DNA of 63,791 nt, filler included, from Nemertoderma westbladi (Eukaryota > Animalia > Xenacoelomorpha), in assembly GCA_032718475.1 (NCBI GenBank). It is 3 parts of 3 records of this genome, joined end to end, with 100 filler letters (N's around TTAATTAATTAA, not from the genome) between each part and the next. Parts side by side here need not be neighbours in the genome. Positions count along the whole stretch, not along the records: positions 1 to 23,725 come from JAUCBJ010004781.1; 2 more parts are not named here. One strand, given 5' to 3'. Shown piece after piece: positions 1 through 10,992 of the stretch. Position 1 is the stretch's first letter. Every line of letters begins with the position of its first letter. The notes under the pieces were generated by a model that did no database searches, was not told where the DNA came from, and was given only the letters and a program-made list of their open reading frames with translations. A program made the translations under genes and the position numbers.

Positions 1-992
1 CGGGCTTGAGAGACATTACTCACTAGAAAAGTGCCAAAGGGCGAATCGCCTTCAGGGCAAAATGCCATTAGAGCGAAATGTCCTCAGGGCAAAAAGCTCT
101 CAGGAATTTTTAAATGGCATGCTTTCTATGGAAATTATTTAATTTTGTCCAAGTTTTATTAATGTTTTGTCCTAGACAGTTGTGGGCTTCCGTATAAAAG
201 AATATGGCTGTTGTAATTTATTAATTAATCCTGTAAGCCACGAAAGAGCGCCATATTCCATTTAAATATTTTATTCTTAAAATGTTAAGTCGTTCGATCG
301 AATATACCCCTAAATCGAAAGAAAAATTTGCACTTTTTCCTTAGGAAAAAAAGTAACCCATAGGATTGCATTGATTTTACTTTTTTCCGAATGAAAAAGT
401 AACATAAAATATATTGTGGATGGTTTTGTGGTGTCTATATCTACCACGTCAACTATATTCCGGATCGTATGATACCCAACCAATATCATTAGGGTTAATA
501 TACAATTCAAATTTTGAACATCACCAAAACGTCGTTGGCAACAATTCCAAAATGTCAATGGCAGGGGAACTTGGAAAATTTAATGAAACTCAAAAATATA
601 ACTTTTCAAACATGGTTTTCGCGATGGTCGAAAAGTATTACTACCGGTATTAAAAATCTAAGTAATTCAAATAATTTAAAGAATTTAGGTCTATTCTACA
701 CTAAGACATGGGGCTCGTAATAACTTCCGGATCAGGGATCTTCTCTCATCAAGATCACTCCCACCCTTACCATAGATCAAACATACTCACTCTATACTTG
801 TCTGGTGATCTTCCTGTAACAATTAAGGTATTTCATGTTTCTAATGTGAAATACGTTCCTCACTACATCCCTATAACCCTATTACATCTTCACATACGGA
901 GACCAACAAACCTTCCAGTGTTATTGTGACAATAAATCAAGTTCATCAGTTAGTTCATCAACTCTCACTCATCCCGTGTTCCTTACGACCTG

Positions 993-3900
993 AGCCCGGT
1001 TGCATATAACAACCTTAACTTTAAGTGGCTAAGTCAACGTTGTGTCAAATTTAAGTGGGTTGCATAAAATTGTATTGCAAACTTTAAGTCCAACTTAAAA
1101 TCAAAATTTTAAGGTAGCGAGCCCCCTACTGTACATATCTTAACTATACTGAAATCAACTTAACTCATGTTTTCATTATAAAGGCTTTTGAGCAGTAAAG
1201 TGATAGATCTTACCAATTTAATACTGTAGAATTTGTTGAAGTTCATAGGATGCGAATCAGCCAAAGTCAAAAAATGGCTTATATATAAAAAATATACAAA
1301 AAACAACTACCATCTTTGGTCCAGTCAGCAGCTCGGTCTTTTCTTTCGCTTAAGACATTATAAATTAGAATAATTAGAATAATTTATTGTATAGTGTGCA
1401 AGACGCACTTTTATGGTAAATTATTAGATAAGTTGAACTGGTGAGACCGCCTGTAAGGTGGGACCTTAAATATTTTATGCAACCGAACTTAATGAGGCAC
1501 TTAGCAAAGGTGGGACCTTAAATATTTTATGCAACCGAATTTAATGAGGCACTTAGAAAAGGTGGGACCTTAAATATTTTATGCAACCGAACTTAATGAG
1601 GCACTTAGCAAAGGTGGGACCTTAAATATTTTATGCAACCGAACTTAATGAGGCACTTAGCAAAGGTGGGACCTTAAATATTTTATGCAACCGAACTTAA
1701 TGAGGCACTTAGAAAAGGTGGGACCTTAAATATTTTATGCAACCGAACTTAATGAGGCACTTAGCAAAGGTGGGACATTAAATATTTTATGGGCTTTAAA
1801 TATTATATGCAACCGAACTTAATGAGGCACTTAGAAAAGGTGGGACCTTAAATATTTTATGCAACCGAATTTAATGAGGCACTTAGAAAAGGTGGGACCT
1901 TAAATATTTTATGCAACCGAACTTAATGAGGCACTTAGAAAAGGTGGGACCTTAAATATTTTATGCAACCGAACTTAATGAGGCACTTAGCAAAGGTGGG
2001 ACCTTAAATATTTTATGCAACCGAATTTAATGAGGCACTTAGAAAAGGTGGGACCTTAAATATTTTATGCAACCGAACTTAATGAGGCACTTAGCAAAGG
2101 TGGGACCTTAAATATTTTATGCAACCGAACTTAATGAGGCACTTAGCAAAGGTGGGACCTTAAATATTTTATGCAACCGAACTTAATGAGGCACTTAGAA
2201 AAGGTGGGACCTTAAATATTTTATGCAACCGAACTTAATGAGGCACTTAGCAAAGGTGGGACATTAAATATTTTATGGGCTTTAAATATTATATGCAACC
2301 GAACTTAATGAGGCACTTAGAAAAGGTGGGACCTTAAATATTTTATGCAACCGAATTTAATGAGGCACTTAGAAAAGGTGGGACCTTAAATATTTTATGC
2401 AACCGAACTTAATGAGGCACTTAGCAAAGGTGGGACCTTAAATATTTTATGCAACCGAACTTAATGAGGCACTTAGCAAAGGTGGGACCTTAAATATTTT
2501 ATGCAACCGAATTTAATGAGGCACTTAGAAAAGGTGGGACCTTAAATATTTTATGCAACCGAACTTAATGAGGCACTTAGCAAAGGTGGGACCTTAAATA
2601 TTTTATGCAACCGAACTTAATGAGGCACTTAGCAAAGGTGGGACCTTAAATATTTTATGCAACCGAACTTAATGAGGCACTTAGAAAAGGTGGGACCTTA
2701 AATATTTTATGCAACCGAACTTAATGAGGCACTTAGCAAAGGTGGGACATTAAATATTTTATGGGCTTTAAATATTTTATGCAACCGAACTTAATGAGGC
2801 ACTTAGAAAAGGTGGGACCTTAAATATTTTATGCAACCGAACTTAATGAGGCACTTAGTAAAGGTGGGACCTTAAATATTTTATGCAACCTAACTTAATG
2901 AGGCACTTAGCAAAGGTGGGACATTAAATATTTTATGCAACCGAACTTAATGAGGCACTTAGCAAAGGTGGGACCTTAAATATTTTATGCAACCTAACTT
3001 AATGAGGCACTTAGCAAAGGTGGGACCTTAAATATTTTATGCAACCTAACTTAATGAGGCACTTAGCAAAGGTGGGACATTAAATATTTTATGCAACCGA
3101 ACTTAATGAGGCACTTAGCAAAGGTGGGACATTAAATATTTTATGCAACCGAACTTAATGAGGCACTTAGCAAAGGTGGGACCTTAAATATTTTATGCAA
3201 CCTAACTTAATGAGGCACTTAGCAAAGGTGGGACCTTAAATATTTTATGCAACCTAACTTAATGAGGCACTTAGCAAAGGTGGGACATTAAATATTTTAT
3301 GCAACCGAACTTAATGAGGCACTTAGCAAAGGTGGGACCTTAAATATTTTATGCAACCGAACTTAATGAGGCACTTAGCAAAGGTGGGACCTTAAATATT
3401 TTATGCAACCGAACTTAATGAGGCACTTAGCAAAGGTGGGACCTTAAATATTTTATACAACCGAACTTAATGAGGCACTTAGCAAAGGTGGGACATTAAA
3501 TATTTTATGCAACCGAACTTAATGAGGCACTTAGCAAAGGTGGGACATTAAATATTTTATGCAACCGAACTTAATGAGGCACTTAGCAAAGGTGGGACCT
3601 TAAATATTTTATGCAACCTAACTTAATGAGGCACTTAGCAAAGGTGGGACCTTAAATATTTTATGCAACCGAACTTAATGAGGCACTTAGCAAAGGTGGG
3701 ACCTTAAATATTTTATGCAACCGAACTTAATGAGGCACTTAGTAAAGGTGGGACCTTAAATATTTTATGCAACCGAACTTAATGAGGCACTTAGCAAAGG
3801 TGGGACCTTAAATATTTTATACAACCGAACTTAATGAGGCACTTAGCAAAGGTGGGACATTAAATATTTTATGCAACCGAACTTAATGAGGCACTTAGCA

Positions 3901-4520
3901 AAGGTGGGACATTAAATATTTTATGCAACCGAACTTAATGAGGCACTTAGCAAAGGTGGGACCTTAAATATTTTATGCAACCTAACTTAATGAGGCACTT
4001 AGCAAAGGTGGGACCTTAAATATTTTATGCAACCGAACTTAATGAGGCACTTAGTAAAGGTGGGACCTTAAATATTTTATGCAACCTAACTTAATGAGGC
4101 ACTTAGCAAAGGTGGGACCTTAAATATTTTATGCAACCGAACTTAATGAGGCACTTAGCAAAGGTGGGACCTTAAATATTTTATGCAACCGAACTTAATG
4201 AGGCACTTAGCAAAGGTGGGACCTTAAATATTTTATGCAACCGAACTTAATGAGGCACTTAGTAAAGTATGATTCGAATATATTTAAGGTGAATTTTCAG
4301 CATTGATTCAATTCAATATTTAAGGTGAAACTTAAGATAAGGCTGACCTAAAGTATTTAAGGCGACACTTAGTTAAGTAGCGCCTTAAAACTATAAGGTG
4401 GCACTTAAAATTGTGGATCACCTTAAGTTTCTAAGGTGGCACTTACTTAAGTATGGATGTTGATATTTAAGGCAACACTTTAGGACTTACTTAGGTAAGG
4501 TTGTTTTATGCAACCGGCCC
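993..4520. mobile_element. Non-autonomous PIF/Harbinger-type TIR element carrying an internal satellite
   Basis: Left end AGCCCGGTTGCATATAACAACCTTA (993) matches the reverse complement of the right end TAAGGTTGTTTTATGCAACCGGCCC (to 4520). It is flanked by a 3-bp CTG duplication (990-992, 4521-4523), the CWG-type TSD of Harbinger. No ORF. Confidence 0.8.
1455..4267. repeat. 52-bp tandem satellite (~54 copies) with a 486-bp higher-order repeat
   Basis: Unit AAGGTGGGACCTTAAATATTTTATGCAACCGAACTTAATGAGGCACTTAGCA. An 18-bp insertion variant recurs at 1791, 2277 and 2763. Confidence 0.97.
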
Positions 4521-4770
4521 CTGATCCCCTCCTCCCACGGATTACAGTATCTTTACCCCAACATTAGATATTTACTATCTCCTTTCCTCAGAGCAAGTAG
4601 CTGATGCAGCAGATGTAACAGCAGTTGCTAACTTTATATTATTCTTACACTGGTCTACTTCTATAGGTAATGCAATGTTGTAGTTTTACTTTGTTACTTC
4701 AACTTATTTTTCAATTAAACATATAAATTGTATATTACTTTAAAAGTATTATTAGTTGACCAAATTTGTA

Positions 4771-5575
4771 ATGGCCGTTTTTATTTTAACGTTAGTTAGA
4801 CATGGTGTCACTCAGTTCAATCTAGACAGGAGAATTCAAGGTCATACCGACACACCATTACATCCCGACGGACTGGAACAAGCCGCTAAACTGGGTTCCC
4901 TGTTGAGTAATGAAACTTTTACTCACTGTTATTCGAGTGACCTACAACGGGCCCTACACACCCTAATTGGAATTCTAAAACTTAACGAAAATAAAAGTCC
5001 ACCTATTATCCAGGATAGCCAACTGAGAGAAAGAAATTTCGGCGCAGCTGAGACATTGCTGTATAGAGAAGGGGACAAGATGGCGGCGGAGGCGGGTGGA
5101 GAAATGCCTCCGTTTTATGTCGCACCTGGTGGGGAATCCAGACTGGACGTTCGTGTGAGAATGACAGAGTTTCTTTAACAGCCTTTGTCAATCGATGTAC
5201 GAAAAGTTATTCAGTAACAACATGAGCCGTAACTTTAGTGGTAGTTGTAAAATTCCTACGGAAATTCCAGATAATATCGACAACATATCAACATCAAATG
5301 GTATGTGGATAATGAAGGGATCCGAGCGAGTGAATGTTTCAGCCAATGTTCTGGTAGTGAGTCACGGTGCCGCGTTACACCAGCTTTTACAATACTTAGT
5401 AGAAGAGCTCCATTGCGATGTGGAGGATCACGGTGGCTTGGAAGTTATTAATCACATTCCTAACACCGGAATGTCTAGGTTTATAATTCGAGTTGCACCA
5501 GTAGAAGGGAGGATGGTTGTTCCTAGAGTTCACTGCCTCTGTCTGAACAGAGCAGACCACCTTCGGACCGAATAG
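4771..5575 (+). CDS. TIGAR: Histidine phosphatase (phosphoglycerate mutase family), TIGAR/fructose-2,6-bisphosphatase-like; reading frame shifts +1 at ~5170-5177
   Basis: ATG at 4771. First frame: LVRHG, IQGHTDTPL, SSDLQRA, LRERNFG, PGGES. Second frame: (F/L)NSLCQ, VLVVSHG, IPNTGMSRF, CLNRADHL. The junction reads like TIGAR's DFFEFLCQ. No introns in the CDS. Confidence 0.85.
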
Positions 5576-5616
5576 TGTATTAGCAGCCACCTTCGGACCG
5601 AATAGTCTATTAGCAG
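5557..5616 (+). repeat. 30-bp tandem duplication spanning the TIGAR stop codon
   Basis: CCACCTTCGGACCGAATAGT(G/C)TATTAGCAG occurs twice. Confidence 0.85.
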
Positions 5617-6109
5617 GCCACTGCCTGCATGGTAGCCAGGCCTGTTGATTAGAAGTCTGGGGTTAATTTTATAGTCTTTGATGTATAATATGCATATTTG
5701 TATGTCAATGTGTACAGGATTAGTTTTAAATAGTATCTAGACGCTAAAATGTCATAACATCTACTCGCCATGCGATTGCCTGGGAGGGAGATTTTTATGT
5801 ATTAATTGTATAATAATTTGTAGTTTTAAAGTAGAAATTAATGACAATAAATAAATGATAATGATAATGAAAGAAAAGTAAAGAACCTAAGGCTGTATAC
5901 TGCCGGGAGGTAGACCACATTACATTTTTTGAAGCTCAGACTGATATTTATTAATATAAATTACATGAACCTGTAACGTAAGTTTGCCGCAGACAATAAT
6001 TCATGATCTACATGATCGAGTGCATGTATAGATCCAGCAGTAAGAAATTAGGTCCTTCCAGGCTTCCCGATTCTCTATAGTTGTCTTAATTCCATTTCTC
6101 TCCAATCCA

Positions 6110-6195
6110 GTCAAGTGAGGAGGTCATATCAGATCTACTTTTCTGGCAACCAACTAAAGGAAAGCATAGCTGTGGACGACCGGCTATGACATATA
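6110..6195 (+). mobile_element. Short RTE-type LINE ORF2 C-terminal remnant
   Basis: Translates EVISDLLFWQPTKGKHSCGRPAMTY, matching the RTE C-terminal LLWxPxxGxRxxGRP motif. Confidence 0.5.
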
Positions 6196-6503
6196 GGCCT
6201 ATCTATATTTACCGTGATCTTTCTATCTAATTTACTATTATTTTGCATAGGGGATATTACTTTAACTACTTCCATTTCATCAGGTATGATGTTTTCATTG
6301 ATTGAAAGGTTTATACAATAAATGTTGTTAGAATTTCAGCTCCATCCCTAAAATATATCCAAGATTGATTCGGAAATAATCACGTAATACTCATGACAGA
6401 TTTATCATCCATGGGGGAAATTAATATTGTTTTCAAAAAAAGTTTTTGAATTTACCTTGTAGAATAAGCACACTCTTACACTTACAGACTACCACGGTTC
6501 CAT

Positions 6504-8294
6504 TTATGAAAACAAAAACGACAACAAAATTACAGTTTGATAGTTGAGAATGCCGAATTCATGAAAAGGGACAGCAGAATCAGAATCTACACGTGCAGAG
6601 TAAGCTGAGGGGGGCCCTTTCCCTTGACTGGTGCAGTCAGTGTGAGGCCCCACTGGGAGTTCCTTTCCGGCCAATAACATATCGATGATATAAAACAATT
6701 CTTTTGGTTTATCAATGGCAATCATATGACCGGCTCCTTTTATCATAACCAATAGTATTCCATCCCATTTATCTAGGAAACCAATTAATTGCATATCATA
6801 TAATATGCGCTGTTGCTTGTTTAACTTTGTTCTGCCTAGGGATTGGATAAACTCCTGACATACTCCTATTGGCACCAGCATATCGGAATTACCACAGAAG
6901 TGGCCAATCATCAATCTCCCTTTAATTAAAGGTATGTAGAACTCCTTCATAGAAGGCCACCTATTTTGAAAAAGGGCAAATACCAATATATTTACCTCAA
7001 CCCATGGTCCCGATTTTGGGTGAATGTGAAGGGCATGTTTAACATCTTCCTGAGACATATATTTGTAAAGGTTTTCGTAGCTAACACAAGGAACAACTAA
7101 GCGATGTGTTGGCCAATCAAATATCTTTTCCTCCAAAACTTCACTATCTTCGAAAAAAATGTTCTCAAATGTTAGCGATTTTTCAACTGCCCTTACTATG
7201 TGATTTCTGAGTAATTCTTCGTCAATCTTATAAATTATAGATTTCAGTTGATTGAGATTTTTCTCAAATGAATAATATTTTAAGTCAAGTGTGTAATTGG
7301 TTTCTTTGAATAATTCGAAGACTTTGTCTCGGTTTTTAAAAGTCTTACCATTATAATTCTTCGTCCACATTACTTGTTGCATGAGTATGTTACTAGCTTC
7401 AGGTAGGTCACATGGTTTATTGATGTTGTATGGGTTTATTCCTGGAGTGTTTGATTTGATACATGTCGATTTCTCACACTCCGGCCCTGGGCAAAGTTTG
7501 CGTGAAATATCCCAGACACCATTACCAATCAATCCATTGTAATAAGTAAAGTTCCCTAAAATTCTATCCCTTAAGTCAAAGTTATCGGATACTGGGTTGC
7601 CTAGCAACAACCCATGTATGTTAGATACCCAAGAAGTGGCTGCGGCTGAGAGTCCATTAGTTGCTATGGAGATATTCGCGTTTACTCGTGTGTCTAGCAG
7701 GACATTCAGCAGAACGGGGAGATAATTTCCGGCAAAACTTTCCCCGCTGAAATAAATCTTGTTGCTACGGAAATTTGGGTGTTTCAGGAAGAAACTTCCC
7801 AGAGCTTCTGCGTTCATAGTGGCAACTTGTATGAGCGAGAAGGCGGAGTTATTCTCTTCTCGTAGTGGGTAAGAGAAACCAACACCAGGGGGTGCATCAA
7901 CGTAGAGCATACTTGCGAAACGACTCCATCGGTATTGGTTGATAACTATTTTATATCGGTTGTTGATGTGTTGGACGCGATAAGGACCGTTGCCATGGAA
8001 CAGGCCAATCATAGAGCTGAGCCCTGGGCCTCCATTGTACCAGATAATAAGAGGATCCCTGGCGACGTTCCCTTCAGATTCTACTAGGTAATAATGCAGA
8101 AAAGATTGTGTTCCTGTTGTTACTTGGTCAACTGTTGCTAGGTAACCCGAGTAGTTTGGTGACAACAACGCTGGGGCTCTGGGAAGTTGGTATACTCTGT
8201 CATTCTGAGCCTCTGTTGTTATTGCCATGGCTACATAGACTAGTGATATCAATAACATGGATTTAATAACAAACGAGACAAATGGTCTGGCCAT
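6504..8294 (-). CDS. Serine carboxypeptidase, peptidase family S10 (cathepsin A/CPVL-like), copy 1, intronless
   Basis: Signal peptide; WYNGGPGLSS; YVDAPPGVGFSY; catalytic Ser in GESFAG, Asp in GNSDMLVP, His in KGAGHM; hydrophobic C-terminus. ATG at 8294 (the ORF track starts at an upstream GTG). Confidence 0.93.
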   Translation of the reverse strand: MARPFVSFVIKSMLLISLVYVAMAITTEAQNDRVYQLPRAPALLSPNYSGYLATVDQVTTGTQSFLHYYLVESEGNVARDPLIIWYNGGPGLSSMIGLFHGNGPYRVQHINNRYKIVINQYRWSRFASMLYVDAPPGVGFSYPLREENNSAFSLIQVATMNAEALGSFFLKHPNFRSNKIYFSGESFAGNYLPVLLNVLLDTRVNANISIATNGLSAAATSWVSNIHGLLLGNPVSDNFDLRDRILGNFTYYNGLIGNGVWDISRKLCPGPECEKSTCIKSNTPGINPYNINKPCDLPEASNILMQQVMWTKNYNGKTFKNRDKVFELFKETNYTLDLKYYSFEKNLNQLKSIIYKIDEELLRNHIVRAVEKSLTFENIFFEDSEVLEEKIFDWPTHRLVVPCVSYENLYKYMSQEDVKHALHIHPKSGPWVEVNILVFALFQNRWPSMKEFYIPLIKGRLMIGHFCGNSDMLVPIGVCQEFIQSLGRTKLNKQQRILYDMQLIGFLDKWDGILLVMIKGAGHMIAIDKPKELFYIIDMLLAGKELPVGPHTDCTSQGKGPPSAYSARVDSDSAVPFHEFGILNYQTVILLSFLFS

Positions 8295-9111
8295 CACATG
8301 TATGACCTATTATAAGTTGAGTATAATGTCAATGTTATGCACTAAAGGCATCATTCCAAACAAAAGTAAAGTGTAGAAGACCTGGTTACAAATTACAAAA
8401 TATGTAACAATTTGTCACTAAACATTATAGTAATAACGAAAGGTTAAAAATTATGTTAATAGGCAATGAATACTTAGAACGGAAGCCAGATTGATTCTGG
8501 ATGCAATCAAAATGTATCCTTATTATTCAGGCGAAAATCGACGCAAATAAATGCTGATAACTCTCAAAAATAAAGCTGGAATTTGTTAGATTGACTATTG
8601 TTTTGGTTATAATAACATGCCACTGTATCCTGATCCTTTCCCTTAATTGATAATTTAATATTGAGACGTGATATTAATTCGCCGATATGATATTTGGGTC
8701 AAGTTTCCCTAAGGCGGTTGTAGAAATACTAATGAAATACAAATTTTGACCGAAAATTATGTCAAAATAGGTTACGGTTAAATTATAATTAAAAATAATT
8801 TAATTAATGGCAAAATATGCTTCAAAAATAAAACAACAATTTAATATTATTTTAAAGGTATTCTCTACTGCGATGCGTTATCCCCCACAGTGGATATACT
8901 AAACCTCTGTACACCCATCTAAACCACAATATCTACTAAGATCTATTATTCACAAAACCTTCATTTAAGGATTAGCTCACAATAATAATGCATTGTTGGT
9001 AACTCACTGAGCGGTGCCAAATAATTCAATAGCTATATATCTTATGTACAAGATTACGCTATAGTGTGTTGAAATTTTAGGTCGATGACCCCCCACTCCC
9101 CCTTCTAATAA

Positions 9112-9230
9112 GTATGTGTGGGGCGAGCCATGAAGTTGGCGGAGCCATAGCGAACTGACACTATCAGGGGATTGGGTAAATTATTGCAAATATTTGTTGT
9201 CGTCGAGGTCGTCGTTACGTTTTTGAAATT
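9112..9230 (+). mobile_element. End fragment of a DINE-1/Helentron-associated-like repeat
   Basis: GTGGGGCGAGCCATGAAGT followed by a GTC microsatellite. The same motif occurs at 10113 (+) and ~56175-56193 (-). Confidence 0.45.
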
Positions 9231-10109
9231 ATAATATCTATTATATCTATTTGTAGCTCTGTATGTAATGCAAACATTATTCTAAAATTCTACAGTAGCC
9301 TTTCACGCACATGTATCATCAGCACTGCCGGGACTGGCACTACCCAATACAAACTATTACCAAACTAATTCAAAATGAGAAATCCGGCACCCCAACACCA
9401 AGACACAGGAACACATTTCTAGACCCTTTTCCTTTGGTTACATACGTGGTTCACGACGTAGACCTTACATACGCAAGGTGACGATCTCTGGTAAGAAATT
9501 ACAATACTAAAGATAAATGCCCACGTTTAACGGCTCTGTACTTGCTAAACTCTCAGCAACCAGTCCAGTGGTAGTTATATCATCAGACACTCTCCAATAT
9601 TCACTTCGTCTCCAAAATATATAAAATTACATAAAACTAACCCGAATGCAAAATTTATCGTTATTTCAAACTCTCATATTCTTTTATTACATTTACATTT
9701 GAATAATAATTAGAAGACCGCCAGGGCTTATTGCTGTCAAAAAATCGTATGTTGGGATGTGTACTTAGGTGTTTGTATGTATGTATTTTTGTGCACATTG
9801 TTATTGGCTTGGAAGGGTACGTGCTCGACTTGGTGGTCAACTATAAAATAAATTTATTGATTATTAGGGTTATTATTTCGGTCATTAATTATTTAAGCGA
9901 GTAAAATTAAGCTCACTCTGTATAAAAATATCATAGGTCGATTTGCCGTGTCCCATTCTCACAAAGTTTGTATTTTATTCGAGTGTTTAATATAAAGATG
10001 TATGGTTATTGTTTTTATGGCAGCTTCGATTCCTCCCATATGGTTTCCAAAGAGATGCAAAGAAGACCCTGCACAAGCTCTGATATCCCTGAATGCACTA
10101 ACAATAGTT

Positions 10110-10835
10110 GTTGTGGGGCGAGCCGCGAAGCTCAAAGAATGGTATGCTTGAGCATGTGGACGATTTCTGTTACTTGGGATTATGGATCCGGAAGTTAGAT
10201 AAGGACCTTCGAATACGTAATGGAAAGCAGGACTTTGCTTTCGCCAACTTGGTACGTATGTAGTTCGTCAAAAGTTTAGAAAGAATCGGAAGTTTTGTAA
10301 AACACGAACGAACGCAATGAGTTTACAGTGGATACGAGTATCCATCTGCCATAAATCAGCAGATACTCTCACAGTTTCGAGACTTTGCATAGTTATAAAG
10401 GTCGTTAGTCTCCGTTTAGGAAAATTATTTTAAGACAAAACAAGACGAGCGCAACGAGGCTAATAAAGGAGAAGAGTATGTCATACTTACCTTAAATAGC
10501 CCTAGTTTGTAGGTTTACAAATGACAGTTAAAGCGTGAAAGGGCAAACTGAAATGACCTCTGTTTTTAGAACAAGTTTATCGCAAACTGATAGCATCACC
10601 AGCATTCATATATATTTTCCAAAAGAGTTTAGTATTAGTTTACTTTAGTATACACTACTTTCTAATATAAGCTCTCGTGCTGCACGAAGGACCCATCAAC
10701 GTGTTATAATGCATCTACTTTCTAATATAAGCTCTCGTGCTGCACGAAGGACCCATGAACGTGTTATAATGTATCTACTTTCTAATATAAGCGCTCGTGC
10801 TGCGCGAAGGACCCACGAACGTGATATAATGCATT
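10110..10835 (+). mobile_element. Dispersed non-autonomous repeat (DINE-1/Helentron-associated-like), ending in a 3x60-bp tandem
   Basis: 10230-10700 is the reverse-complement homologue of 55570-56060 (e.g. GTTTACAGTGGATACGAGTATCCATCTGCCATAAAT). The terminal 60-bp unit CTACTTTCTAATATAAGCTCTCGTGCTGCACGAAGGACCC is tripled at ~10655-10835. The repeat is certain; the class is inferred. Confidence 0.6.
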
Positions 10836-10992
10836 ATTACTGCCTCCTATCGAATCGCTCTAACACCTGGGTTTCAAGTCTCCCAGCAAGGATAGGTTGT
10901 AATGTTGCAGGATACAAGTCTATCATTACTAGCTTCCTGGCCAGAGTGAATGGCATAAGTCCATAGAATGGAGTGAAAAGTTCGATGAGTTC

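Noticed and set aside
1455-4267. CRISPR array (also considered for 28586-30240 and 34925-35808)
   Set aside because: The intervening sequences are identical rather than unique spacers, there are no cas genes, and the context is eukaryotic.
5169-5181. A 13-nt GT...AG micro-intron (or a 70-nt intron from 5112) restoring the TIGAR frame
   Set aside because: 13 nt is shorter than known spliceosomal introns and would delete residues aligning to TIGAR FF; the longer intron would delete the conserved PGGE motif.
9295-9330. Hammerhead ribozyme core (CTGATGA...GAAA on the minus strand)
   Set aside because: Stem II lacks the closing pair and I could not build stems I/III; other CTGATGA sites I noticed also lack a following stem-GAAA.
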